Source of the DNA: a virus
DNA: 64,000 nucleotides
Reading direction: 5' to 3' (one strand)
IMG/VR virus record: IMGVR_UViG_3300031576_000006
Span: 32,001-96,000 of that record
Shown here: piece by piece, positions 51,625 through 61,920 of the stretch
Position numbering within the stretch: the first letter of the stretch is position 1
Layout of the letters: every line of letters begins with the position of its first letter
Notes under the pieces: generated by a model
Databases searched by the model: none
Told to the model about the DNA's origin: nothing
The model's input: the letters and a program-made list of their open reading frames with translations, nothing else
Program-made: the position numbers and the translations under genes

Positions 51625-53727
51625 ATGTCCGTCAAGCAAAGATTTAACTGGCTCGATAATATGCGCGTAGACAAGCCGCATTTAAAATCGGTAGACGACT
51701 CCGTTCTATTTGATTTTAAGTCCTTGTTACAGGGCTTTATCTCCGATACTCCATATATTCTTAGAGGCTTTGATATCAACAATCCAGGTGCTGCCATTAA
51801 CGGCAATGCCTCGAATCTTCAGGTTATTGTCGATACCGCAAATATTTGGATGCCATCCGAAGCTGATGGGGCATTTCTCAGGGTTGTAACTGGTCAAGCT
51901 AATGAGACCTTAAGTTCTGCAAATGTTAACGTAAGCGGATCTTTCACGGCCTCCGCAATCAATTATGTTTCTGTAAAGTTTACCAGGGCTACCGATCCAA
52001 CCACTAATGATCTCGTTGCCTTCTGGGATGTGGATGCAGAAGTAGAATTTACAAAAACAGTTCCGCTCGGTCTTGTACTTAATTATCAATTTGTAATTAA
52101 TACGGCTGGATTCAGCACAAATTCTCCGATCGCTATTATAAGCACTGATGCCTCAAATAATGTCACTTCGATATCCAATGCAAAAAATTCAATGTTCCGT
52201 TTGGGCAAAGGCGGATCTTCTCCAAGTTCTTCATATAACTGGGCTTACCCGGTAGCTACTGAGAACCCTCTCACTTTAACTGCCTCTGGCGGCCCTAATC
52301 CATATTCTGGCGGCGACTGGGAAATCAAAGACTTCAAGTCCTGGATGGACGCAGTAATGACCGAAATTAAAGCCATGAAAGGTTCTGCCTTTTGGTACTC
52401 GGCTGGATCATCTGCCCTACCAGGAGTTAATCTCCCCGACTCATGGTTTGATGCGAACGGCTCAAATCTTACTGGTGTTGGTGAATATCAACATGACGAT
52501 GCAATTGCCGGTAAGCTTACCTGGACATCAAACGTATACCTTAGATCAGTTATCGGACCTTTAACTTACACAATTCCCGCAAATAACGTCACGCTTAGTG
52601 ATACTCAGGTTGCATATATCCAACTTATTCGTAATCAAGATTTCCAACCGGCCAATACATTCACATTCACCAACGGATCTGCAATTGTTTCAGCTACTGC
52701 AAATGTTACTGGTATCGTTGCTGGCGATTGGATTAAATTCGACGCACACGACCTTGGTAAGTGGGCAAAAGTTTTAACTGTTGTAACAAATACAGTTACA
52801 CTCACCGCAGTTTATACTGGAGCTAATGCTATTGGCAAAGCCCTGAGAGCACAAGGTTCTTATACGATGTCCTTTGCAAGTCCGACCTCTGTCCCTGCAG
52901 ACGCAAACGTTTATTGGATTGCAAGGCGAGACGATAACGCAGTTACCTCCTCTACTATTGAAACAATTGCAAACTCAGGTGCTACTCGCACGAGCAATAT
53001 TGCCACTATTAAGACTACCGCTGCACATAACTTAGTTGAAGGACAAACGGTCAGTGTTTCTGGAGTTTCAGACACCTCATTCAATGGAATATTTGATATA
53101 TTATCAACCCCAACCGCAACTACATTCACATATACCAATCCAGGTTCAGATGTAGGATTAACTACAGCTGGCGGTGGATCTGTTAGTGTTCGAGCAAAAA
53201 TTTATCTACGCGCACTTGGAGAGTTGATCCAAGGCGAACAGCGTCAAATCGATGATAGTATTAGTGAAGATCTTTTAGAGGCAATAGGTCTATCTAGCGA
53301 AACATCAATGCCAAACTATGCTTCATTTTCTTCTGGATCACTTAATCTTCCAAACTATAATACTGTAGCGAACGAATCAATTGTAGTTAGGGTTGCAAAA
53401 CTTACAGCGATGCTTGCGGATATTCAACAAAACTACAATGTCTCTATTGATCCAGGATTATTTACTTGGAGTGGAACGGATATCACCATCACATCAGCAA
53501 AACTTAGTATCCCAGGTACAACTATTGGCGCGGCTGCAGTTACAATTAACAATCTTGCCTCTACGGCTCTGGCCGATGGCGAATGTCTATATGTTGACAT
53601 CAGCCGAACGGTTGGTGCGGCTTTGACACTTTCATCTCCAACCGCATTAACCCTATTAACTCCATGGCAACAAAGACTTGTTGTTGCACGCAGAATTGGT
53701 TCTGACATCTTAGCGAGGGCTTCGTAA
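51625..53727 (+). CDS. baseplate/tail-fibre attachment protein
   Basis: QRFNWLDNMRVDKPHL N-terminus; beta-rich; contains the TTAAHNL repeat module. Confidence 0.55.
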   Translation: MSVKQRFNWLDNMRVDKPHLKSVDDSVLFDFKSLLQGFISDTPYILRGFDINNPGAAINGNASNLQVIVDTANIWMPSEADGAFLRVVTGQANETLSSANVNVSGSFTASAINYVSVKFTRATDPTTNDLVAFWDVDAEVEFTKTVPLGLVLNYQFVINTAGFSTNSPIAIISTDASNNVTSISNAKNSMFRLGKGGSSPSSSYNWAYPVATENPLTLTASGGPNPYSGGDWEIKDFKSWMDAVMTEIKAMKGSAFWYSAGSSALPGVNLPDSWFDANGSNLTGVGEYQHDDAIAGKLTWTSNVYLRSVIGPLTYTIPANNVTLSDTQVAYIQLIRNQDFQPANTFTFTNGSAIVSATANVTGIVAGDWIKFDAHDLGKWAKVLTVVTNTVTLTAVYTGANAIGKALRAQGSYTMSFASPTSVPADANVYWIARRDDNAVTSSTIETIANSGATRTSNIATIKTTAAHNLVEGQTVSVSGVSDTSFNGIFDILSTPTATTFTYTNPGSDVGLTTAGGGSVSVRAKIYLRALGELIQGEQRQIDDSISEDLLEAIGLSSETSMPNYASFSSGSLNLPNYNTVANESIVVRVAKLTAMLADIQQNYNVSIDPGLFTWSGTDITITSAKLSIPGTTIGAAAVTINNLASTALADGECLYVDISRTVGAALTLSSPTALTLLTPWQQRLVVARRIGSDILARAS

Positions 53728-56700
53728 TGAGTAAGATCTTATCGGGTTCTAAAGTACAGAATCCTACAGACCTTTTGCAGGGTTCCGCAGTTGATCAGTT
53801 AATTGATCGCGGCGCACAAATGTATTCAGACCAGCAAGCTACCTTCACTGGTACTGGCATTCTGTTTACCCGTCCAATGTCTGTTAGATTCCAAGATGAA
53901 GCTGGTAAATACCACTCAAACACAATCAGATTCGATGTTGTTGATCTATTCCAGGCAATACCGGGCACAATTCCATTAGCTGACAAACAGTCAATCGTTT
54001 GTAGACTAGACAGAACGACTACAAACACAAAATCAATCCTCACTGCCGTCCGTGTATCGAACATCACAACCTTCACAACTACTGTTGTGCATGGATTACA
54101 GCTTGGTGACATACTTACGGTCAGTGGCATGACCAGCTCGACCTTCAATGGTACGTTCAAAGTCCTGACCATGCCCACCACTTCTTCATTCACAGTTATA
54201 AATGTTGGTGCGAACGATACATCAACAATCAATGGCTCTTTACTTTCACGTAACGTAATATTGACCGCTGCAGCATATTCACCTACCGAGCCAAACTTAG
54301 CCGCTGGTACATATTCAGTCGTCAACACCGAAGATCTCAAAGATATCTTCTTACAAGAAAAAGACATCGTAATTCTCTTCCGAAGAGAAGATACAACTGA
54401 TCTATTGCCGGTTGTTATGTTGCCACTTCACAAGCAATTATTGGAAGCTGGTCAAACAGTATTCCTTGGTGCTTCTGGATCAGGCGGTGGTGCAGGCGAT
54501 AGCCTCCAAGCTGACATGAAACGTCGATTGGGTCTTAGCACCTACGAATCTCTTCACGTTAATGACATTGAAATCCGTAAAGACGTTCGAATTGATCTTC
54601 CAAATTCTACCGGCGCGTATTCTCCTGCAGATAAAGCATTCAAATTCACATCTATTGGCCAAACAATGCGCTCGTATGAGATGCTTGATCCTGAATTTCT
54701 CTCAAAAGGTATCGATCTTCAAAAGGTTGAGTTCACTCATCGTTGGAAGCCAATATATCTTATAGTTGATTCAATTGCCAACTCTGGTGCTGTTCGTACT
54801 ACAAATATTGCCACTATCAAAACTACCACTGCCCATGGATATATTCCCGGCCAATCAGTTGTCGTTGCCAATGTAAGCGATGCTTCATTCGATGGAACAT
54901 GGGTAATTGCCACAACTCCGACAGGAACTTCATTCACATACGCAAATACTGGTGTTGATGTCGCTGCAGCTACTGCTGGAAGCGGGACAGTCAATGCAGT
55001 ACAAGCCGCAACGTATCAAGCAACTCGCGATGGCGTTGAATTCCAAACAGTTTCTTTGACTCAGATCGGCAAAACCGATACTCACGTTGGAACACACACA
55101 TTCACTGAAGAAGTTACACCTCAAACACTCCAAACATATGATGTAAGTAATGCAAATATCAACAATATACTCAATGATTCAGCCGCGATATCTCGTGCCC
55201 AAAAATTTGCCGTTACACACACAGAGACAGCACGGTTTTTAACGCTTTATTTGAACAAATTGGAATCAGCCGGTAACTTAACCGGACATTTCTATGTTCG
55301 CGTCGTTCGAGATGATGCAGGACTCCCATCTACAGATCCAAATGACATCGTAAAAGAATCAATCAGCTACGACATCGACACTCTCGCTACCGGCAACATC
55401 TCAGTTGTTGTAGACGTAAGTCTCTGCACATTGGTTGCTGGCACTTACTGGTGGGAAATCATACCAGACGCTGAATATCAATCATCCTACCTTGGTGGAA
55501 CTCGCGAACTTCGCGTTCGTGGCGATACCACTCCTAGTACGTATGATGGTGCTCAACAAAACCTTGCTGGAGTCTGGTCTTTAACTGCCAGTAATGCAAA
55601 TACATATCTATTGACTGGCCGTTTATTGACCATGAAATTCCAAGTTACGGCTTCGGCTGCGAACTTGTTGTCAATTGGATACGGAGCTTTGTTCGAACCG
55701 CTTGTCGGAACTACACAGACTCTCTATCCAAAAGAAGTTCAACGCTTCACATTTAGTGGAGATGAGAATCGAGTATTGTTTACGCTTGGATTCTTACCTG
55801 ACCCTGATCTTTTAGTGGTTTATGACCCCAAGAGAGGTCAATCTTACGTTGTCGATGATGATGTATTTAGAATCGTAGGCTTTAACGTAACATTTGAGCC
55901 TAATACTTTTGATTTCCCAGGTGAAGAAATCAAGCTGGTCTTTAGTCAGATTGTTGGACAAGGTTTCGATAACTCAGATCAAAATGCAAACGCAATCGCA
56001 GAGATCAACAGTAATTTGATTGATCTTGGCGAAGAGTTAGCGGCGTTGTCTAATTCAATGATTTTGCCGAAGATCCCAGCTCCGTTCACATCTATCCAGA
56101 ATCGTGTTTTGATGGTGGATCTTACACAGGATCTTAAATCGAAACTTGCACCTCAGAGATTCCACGCTCAGCAACTGGTACTTATGCCTAACGAGCTTGG
56201 TCCTAACGGTGAAGCCGTATGGGGATTAGCTAACGATAAATTTGGTCAAGTTCGATTCGTCGGTACTTGGACTATGATTGCGAGCACAGAAGGATGCCAT
56301 CCTCTCGGTGCTACGGCTGGTGATTACGTAGAAATTTCATTTGCTGGAACTGGAATGAACTGTTTGGCGATTGGACAATCTCCTCGTGACGTTCGAGCAT
56401 CCGTTGATGGAGGAGCGCCTGGCGTAAATATATTCAGCTTATCAAGCTCTGTTCTCCTTAGTCGAAACTATTCATCAAACGAAGTAAATCCAGTCACAAC
56501 AGGCCTCACATATGGAATGCACACAGTAAAATTGACAGTCACAACAGCAAACTTCCACTTCATGGGATTTGAATCGTTCACATCAGAATCAACAGGCCTT
56601 ATCCGAATCAATCCAGGATCTCAATATAATAAGGGAAAGAAAAGAACTTTAGCTTCACAATTCACTACGGCATACAACGCAAGCTTCGACTCTGGAGTCT

Positions 56701-58277
56701 TAGCTGCTCGCGGTGGTAGGGTTGCAATCTTTCAAAAATTAGATGGTTCGTTTGGTAAATATGTTCAGCCGACCGATGAAACGTCTCAATTTATCAATGA
56801 TGCAACTAATCCAACAGATCACGCTAATGAAGAAGTTGCAAGAATTTACAATTTCAGAGAGTTTGGGTATGGACTTTCTACTGACTTTCAAACCTTAACA
56901 GGAACTATAGCCGACAAATCCATGATCCTTGACGATGGCGTCACTAGTTTAGTGTGCAATGATTGTAATACAGACCAAGTCGGTGTTAAGGACGCATTGG
57001 TAAATGCTCAAGCAGCCGGTTCATTCTGGACATTCACATGGGTTGGAACAGGAATCGATATATTTAATGCTCACACGCTTGTACCTTCAGTAAACTTTCC
57101 AGTTTTAACTCTTGATGGAACACAAATCGTATCTGGAGGCACAAACAGATTCACTGCTAATAGCTGGCAAAGAATTGCATCTGGTCTTCCATACGGAACA
57201 CACACATTAAAAATGGCTCAGGCTGTTGGTGGTACAGGATTCAGAGTTTCTGACTTTAAAGTTTATAGACCAATGACTCCGGCTGCTCCAGCTAATGCAA
57301 TTATCACTGATATATATGACATTCCAGCTACATACGTAGGAACTGGGATAACTGGAACAACAAACGCCGCTAACATTCAAGTCGCGACAGGCGTCATCTC
57401 TAAAGCCGCAACTCGCGAACATGTTTTTGTTGGGGCTTGGCTGATAGATTCACCACCAGACCCAACACTGTTTTCTCAATCTATTGGTGGTGGTACTGAT
57501 TATCGAACTAATTTCTGGGGAATAGGTTTCGTGATTCACCTTTCAGACTCAAGTGCTGGAACATATGACTACACCGTATCTATCGATGGAGTTCTTAATG
57601 CAACAGGCGTTGCTAGATCTAACTCATCAAACCTTGGTGGTGGATCTTACCGCGTAACTTCAGTGGTGGGCGCACAACCAGCTCGTGTTGAGTTTACCGG
57701 ACTGTCGATGAATAAACATACAATAATCGTTACTAAAACTGCAGGTGCGGGTACATTTAGACTTCAAGCTATGCACTTGATCATGCCGATCTATTCTCAT
57801 CAAAACTCTGGACCAAATGTTTACCAAAACATGTTGACAGTTGGGTCTAGTGGTATGACTGACATGAGAAAATTTACTCCTGCAGATGATCCAGACAAAG
57901 CGGAATTCTCAAAAGCTAGCGGTATCACTTCTGCCCCTACGACAACATCAACATCATATGTGCCCTTATTCGAATGTTCAAATGCTATCTACACCACAAA
58001 AAGAAAATTAAGAGTAAAGTTCCAAAGCCCGTTTACTACCAACGCAGGCAACCAAGACGTATCAGCGGCCATATATTTAGACGGCATAAGGGTTGCCGAA
58101 GTGAACGCTACAACCCCATCGGCAACCTATAACTTTGAGCTGTCTATGAATCAGACCTTCCCAATAGCTCCTGGATTCCATCAAGTTTTTATATTTTGGA
58201 AGACTAATGCCGGTACAGCAACGGCATCTGGAAACACTGCAGCTACAAGACTCATTGAGCTTGAGGGGGTTGACTAA
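53727..58277 (+). CDS. long tail fibre / receptor-binding protein
   Basis: 1516 aa, T/S/G-rich; repeated carbohydrate-binding-like beta-sandwiches (FxGTG...GLPYGTHT). Confidence 0.65.
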   Translation: MSKILSGSKVQNPTDLLQGSAVDQLIDRGAQMYSDQQATFTGTGILFTRPMSVRFQDEAGKYHSNTIRFDVVDLFQAIPGTIPLADKQSIVCRLDRTTTNTKSILTAVRVSNITTFTTTVVHGLQLGDILTVSGMTSSTFNGTFKVLTMPTTSSFTVINVGANDTSTINGSLLSRNVILTAAAYSPTEPNLAAGTYSVVNTEDLKDIFLQEKDIVILFRREDTTDLLPVVMLPLHKQLLEAGQTVFLGASGSGGGAGDSLQADMKRRLGLSTYESLHVNDIEIRKDVRIDLPNSTGAYSPADKAFKFTSIGQTMRSYEMLDPEFLSKGIDLQKVEFTHRWKPIYLIVDSIANSGAVRTTNIATIKTTTAHGYIPGQSVVVANVSDASFDGTWVIATTPTGTSFTYANTGVDVAAATAGSGTVNAVQAATYQATRDGVEFQTVSLTQIGKTDTHVGTHTFTEEVTPQTLQTYDVSNANINNILNDSAAISRAQKFAVTHTETARFLTLYLNKLESAGNLTGHFYVRVVRDDAGLPSTDPNDIVKESISYDIDTLATGNISVVVDVSLCTLVAGTYWWEIIPDAEYQSSYLGGTRELRVRGDTTPSTYDGAQQNLAGVWSLTASNANTYLLTGRLLTMKFQVTASAANLLSIGYGALFEPLVGTTQTLYPKEVQRFTFSGDENRVLFTLGFLPDPDLLVVYDPKRGQSYVVDDDVFRIVGFNVTFEPNTFDFPGEEIKLVFSQIVGQGFDNSDQNANAIAEINSNLIDLGEELAALSNSMILPKIPAPFTSIQNRVLMVDLTQDLKSKLAPQRFHAQQLVLMPNELGPNGEAVWGLANDKFGQVRFVGTWTMIASTEGCHPLGATAGDYVEISFAGTGMNCLAIGQSPRDVRASVDGGAPGVNIFSLSSSVLLSRNYSSNEVNPVTTGLTYGMHTVKLTVTTANFHFMGFESFTSESTGLIRINPGSQYNKGKKRTLASQFTTAYNASFDSGVLAARGGRVAIFQKLDGSFGKYVQPTDETSQFINDATNPTDHANEEVARIYNFREFGYGLSTDFQTLTGTIADKSMILDDGVTSLVCNDCNTDQVGVKDALVNAQAAGSFWTFTWVGTGIDIFNAHTLVPSVNFPVLTLDGTQIVSGGTNRFTANSWQRIASGLPYGTHTLKMAQAVGGTGFRVSDFKVYRPMTPAAPANAIITDIYDIPATYVGTGITGTTNAANIQVATGVISKAATREHVFVGAWLIDSPPDPTLFSQSIGGGTDYRTNFWGIGFVIHLSDSSAGTYDYTVSIDGVLNATGVARSNSSNLGGGSYRVTSVVGAQPARVEFTGLSMNKHTIIVTKTAGAGTFRLQAMHLIMPIYSHQNSGPNVYQNMLTVGSSGMTDMRKFTPADDPDKAEFSKASGITSAPTTTSTSYVPLFECSNAIYTTKRKLRVKFQSPFTTNAGNQDVSAAIYLDGIRVAEVNATTPSATYNFELSMNQTFPIAPGFHQVFIFWKTNAGTATASGNTAATRLIELEGVD

Positions 58278-59062
58278 TGGCAACACAAATCACCTCACAA
58301 AATAGAGATCAAAGGCTTGGACAGCTTACTCATTCGGCTGGCAATATAGTTCTTGCCGCTTCAACAATTCATATTGGAGCACTGCAATATACAACAGATA
58401 CGAGCAAATCGGTTGCGCTTCCATCTTTGATCGCTAATACAAGATATCAAGTGTACGCAGTAGACAACGGTGCAAGCGACGTTGCTTTGGTGATCTCAAC
58501 AAACGAAAACTCAGTTGGTCCTGCTAGCTACAACAAATGGAAGCTGGTTGGTTCACTTTATGCCGGAGCGACAGCATTTGGTAGTTTTGCTAATATTAAA
58601 GGATCGCCACGAACAGAGAGCATAGCATATACTCCACCATTGACAGGATTGACTGGACCAACTGGAATTGTATTTTTTTGGCGAAGGGATGGTAAAAGAA
58701 TATATGTATGGGGAACCGTTGATAGCGTAGGTACAGTGACCGCCACTGATGCTAGAGTTGACCTTCCTACAAATTTAATTGTCGATACTATAAATTTGGA
58801 TACCGGAAAAACTCCAATTGGCCATGTGACAAGAACTAGCAACGCTGCGGCTACAGCCATATTGAATGATGGTCTTATATTTTGGAATACCACCTATACC
58901 AATGCTATGTCTCTCGGAAGGTTAAACCAAGGCGCTGGGAATACTAACATAATTCAAGCCGGATGGGATACCTTTACCTCTTCTAGTTTTGGATTAATTG
59001 TAACAGCGTCAGCGGGACTACCAATTACAGGCTGGTCCAACACTCCAATAGAGGATTTATAA
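58277..59062 (+). CDS. tail fibre/RBP-like protein
   Basis: YTP...WRRDG...LPTNL...PITGW fibre-tip pattern. Confidence 0.55.
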   Translation: MATQITSQNRDQRLGQLTHSAGNIVLAASTIHIGALQYTTDTSKSVALPSLIANTRYQVYAVDNGASDVALVISTNENSVGPASYNKWKLVGSLYAGATAFGSFANIKGSPRTESIAYTPPLTGLTGPTGIVFFWRRDGKRIYVWGTVDSVGTVTATDARVDLPTNLIVDTINLDTGKTPIGHVTRTSNAAATAILNDGLIFWNTTYTNAMSLGRLNQGAGNTNIIQAGWDTFTSSSFGLIVTASAGLPITGWSNTPIEDL

Positions 59063-59063
59063 T

Positions 59064-60380
59064 ATGTCAGCAGGAATGACAGGCAACAGAAACGACAATA
59101 TTAAGAGAAGCGATCTATTCGCTGACTCTCTTATTCCATCTGTTGGATTCAAAAACATTGAATGGAAACACCAGGCGACTGATGGTCAAACTGTCATTGA
59201 TACCACTTCTTTGACTGCTCCTCCAATTGCTACGGCGAATGGATTCTTACAGCCAACGCTTTCTGATCTCGCTTCTGTAAATATGAAGCAGTTTCGAAAG
59301 AATCTTACACTCATAAGCTCTACTGGTAAAACACTTACCGACTATGTTGACTACAGGGTAACGGATTCCCACACACTTGTTCTTTCTTCACCTGCAATCG
59401 AAGGTGAGATCTTCACTGGTCGCATCGAAGCCAATCCACGGAATGGAACGGCAATGCTCGATGCAAGGCCTTTGGTTTTCACTGGAACATTGGCCGCTGG
59501 CAATACAGATTTCAACATTGGACCTTACCAAATCGGAGCTTATCTTAACTTCCAACACGGTACAGTAATGATTTTCATTGAGAATCAATTGGCTTATCGT
59601 AACGATAACAACCAAGCACCCGGCGCTGGCATTAATGGGGATTATCAAGAAATAGCAAATATCATCAGATTCAATACTGCAGATCTTTCAAAGGATCGCA
59701 GCGTGTCAGTGATCTCTATTGGTGCATTGGTTGAATCTCCAGATGGGAGTCAACTCGCAATGCTGGATAGTCTAGCTGGACAGATGGATAAAATCATCGA
59801 AGTCTTGGCGGCTGTCAGTGGTCAACCGGAATCTTATTTCCAAGCTGCACCAAATCAAGCGGATCTGAAAGCTTTTGGCGATAGAGTTCTGACTCTTGAG
59901 AGAATTTATGACGTTAGCGTTCCAACTCTTACAAATTGGGCTTCAGTGACAATGACACACAATTGGGGAGCTAATGCAACCTTGACTGCTCTTCGTAGAC
60001 AAGTTGGGGACTCATATGAATATGAGTGTAAAATTTTACTTAGTGGGGCACCAACTGCAGTACAGTTGTCTGTTATATTACCTTCTGGTGATGTAATTGA
60101 TACGTCAAAAATTACAGAATTAACTGGCACTGGTTCGGTATTAGGTATTGCTAATTGTCGAGATGCTGGAACTGAAATTTATGGACCTGCAATAGTAAAC
60201 TATGAATCGACAACTACGGTATATCTCCAAACTGGAGAAGCTACGGCTGGGCAGTTAGATAACGTAAGCAGCTCGGTTCCTTTTGCCTGGAATACATCAG
60301 ACACGTTAAATTTTACTTTCAGAGCCCCAATTATTGGATTGACTGCAACTCAAACTATTAGACAGATTTTAGGATTATAA
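59064..60380 (+). CDS. tail fibre/RBP-like protein
   Basis: C-terminal TNW...RRQVGDS...LPSG..IDT...PFAW...APIIG, resembling the domain in 58277..59062. Confidence 0.55.
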   Translation: MSAGMTGNRNDNIKRSDLFADSLIPSVGFKNIEWKHQATDGQTVIDTTSLTAPPIATANGFLQPTLSDLASVNMKQFRKNLTLISSTGKTLTDYVDYRVTDSHTLVLSSPAIEGEIFTGRIEANPRNGTAMLDARPLVFTGTLAAGNTDFNIGPYQIGAYLNFQHGTVMIFIENQLAYRNDNNQAPGAGINGDYQEIANIIRFNTADLSKDRSVSVISIGALVESPDGSQLAMLDSLAGQMDKIIEVLAAVSGQPESYFQAAPNQADLKAFGDRVLTLERIYDVSVPTLTNWASVTMTHNWGANATLTALRRQVGDSYEYECKILLSGAPTAVQLSVILPSGDVIDTSKITELTGTGSVLGIANCRDAGTEIYGPAIVNYESTTTVYLQTGEATAGQLDNVSSSVPFAWNTSDTLNFTFRAPIIGLTATQTIRQILGL

Positions 60381-60381
60381 G

Positions 60382-60807
60382 ATGGCAGGCGCACGAAGAC
60401 AATCAAATGATGAAATAGAAACAAGGTTGAATGATCTTGAGTCTATCTCTGGAGAGAATTTATCAGCCTTAAGACAATATTCTATAACCGTTACCGGAGG
60501 TTCGAGCTGGGCCACAACTAGGGCTGTGGCAGTTCCCTACAAAACTATAGATGGGACTTGGAGAATTAGAATCAATGTTGCGGGAGTTACCACTACCACA
60601 ACAACGCTCACTTTGACAATTACTGGAATAGTATTTAAAACGGGGTTCTCTCAAGCTCTGGCTGGTTCTTCAGATAATTTTCAAGGTATGAGATGTATTG
60701 GCAATGGTGGAACCAATACCATAACCATAGCTTCCGCAACTTCAGATACCCTTTGGTATGTTTCTGGAGATGTTGAACTAAATGCTCAACCAGCGTTTGT
60801 TATTTAA
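60382..60807 (+). CDS. small fibre-tip-like protein
   Basis: Short coiled coil plus Thr-rich beta domain. Confidence 0.45.
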   Translation: MAGARRQSNDEIETRLNDLESISGENLSALRQYSITVTGGSSWATTRAVAVPYKTIDGTWRIRINVAGVTTTTTTLTLTITGIVFKTGFSQALAGSSDNFQGMRCIGNGGTNTITIASATSDTLWYVSGDVELNAQPAFVI

Positions 60808-60816
60808 GGAATCAAT

Positions 60817-61908
60817 ATGGCAAGTAATCAACAACTAACACCAAGACTGAATAGACTGGAACCAAACATCGTTATTGACGGCGGTATGGAGATCTGGCCT
60901 GAAGGAACTTCTAGATCCGTAGCCAGTGGCTCCGATCTTTATGGTGCAGTTCTATTTAGAAACGCTAACGACTCATCTTCTGTAACTTTGACAAACTCTC
61001 AACAAGACTCTATCCCTGCTGGAACAAACGTACCGTTCTCTAATCAGGTCTCTAAAACCGCTTCAGGAACTCTAGTGCCTGGAACAAGAACCATGCTCAG
61101 ATATTTTGTTGAAGGATATGACCTGAACAAATTATTGAACCAAGAATTCTCGGTTATTTTCTGGGTTAAGTCTACCGTTGCAGCGAATAGAAGTTTAGTT
61201 CTAACAAACGGAACGGCAACACATTCTTTTGTTCAACAGTATAATATTGCATCAGCTAATACTTGGCAGTTACAGGTATTAAAATTTTCTGCATTAAGTT
61301 CATGTCCAGGCACCCTTGATAGAGTCAGTGGTTCAGGACTTCAAGTTAGATTTGGCATCGTTAGTGGATCTACTTTCCAAACAAGCACTCTAAATTCTTG
61401 GGTTGCTGGGAATTTTAGCTCTGGAACTGGTGAAGACACTACTTGGCTCACGGGCACAACTCACGATTTTAGCATTGCCGGTGTGATGATACTTCCTGGC
61501 GACTGGACATCGTTGACGTCTAACGTCTCTTCATATAACTTTCTAAGAGCTGGAAGAAACTTCCAAGATGAACAGTCAATGACACAGAGATATTACGAAA
61601 AGAGCTATGATTCAAACTTATCTCCAGGAGCCATAGCAGGAGGTGGATCAACTTATATACTTATAGCCCAACAAGAAACTGCAAATGAGTATAGAATAAG
61701 TACGAGATTTAGCGTTAGAAAAAGAGCTGATCCTGTTGTCGTTACCTATGCTCCATCATCTGCCACAGCAAATAGAGTTGAAGGTGCGGTTGTAGAGGTA
61801 TCGATAGTACAAAGTAAAGGCGAAACTGGCTTCACTGCAGGAAAAGGTCCAGGAACTACACTGGGCAATCAAATAAATTATCAATGGACAGCGGACGCGA
61901 GATTTTAA
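60817..61908 (+). CDS. tail fibre-like protein with carbohydrate-binding-like domain
   Basis: NIVIDGGMEIWPEG...TQRYYEKSY...F.VRKRADP...WTADARF, a typical fibre module. Confidence 0.6.
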   Translation: MASNQQLTPRLNRLEPNIVIDGGMEIWPEGTSRSVASGSDLYGAVLFRNANDSSSVTLTNSQQDSIPAGTNVPFSNQVSKTASGTLVPGTRTMLRYFVEGYDLNKLLNQEFSVIFWVKSTVAANRSLVLTNGTATHSFVQQYNIASANTWQLQVLKFSALSSCPGTLDRVSGSGLQVRFGIVSGSTFQTSTLNSWVAGNFSSGTGEDTTWLTGTTHDFSIAGVMILPGDWTSLTSNVSSYNFLRAGRNFQDEQSMTQRYYEKSYDSNLSPGAIAGGGSTYILIAQQETANEYRISTRFSVRKRADPVVVTYAPSSATANRVEGAVVEVSIVQSKGETGFTAGKGPGTTLGNQINYQWTADARF

Positions 61909-61920
61909 TGGAGAATCATA

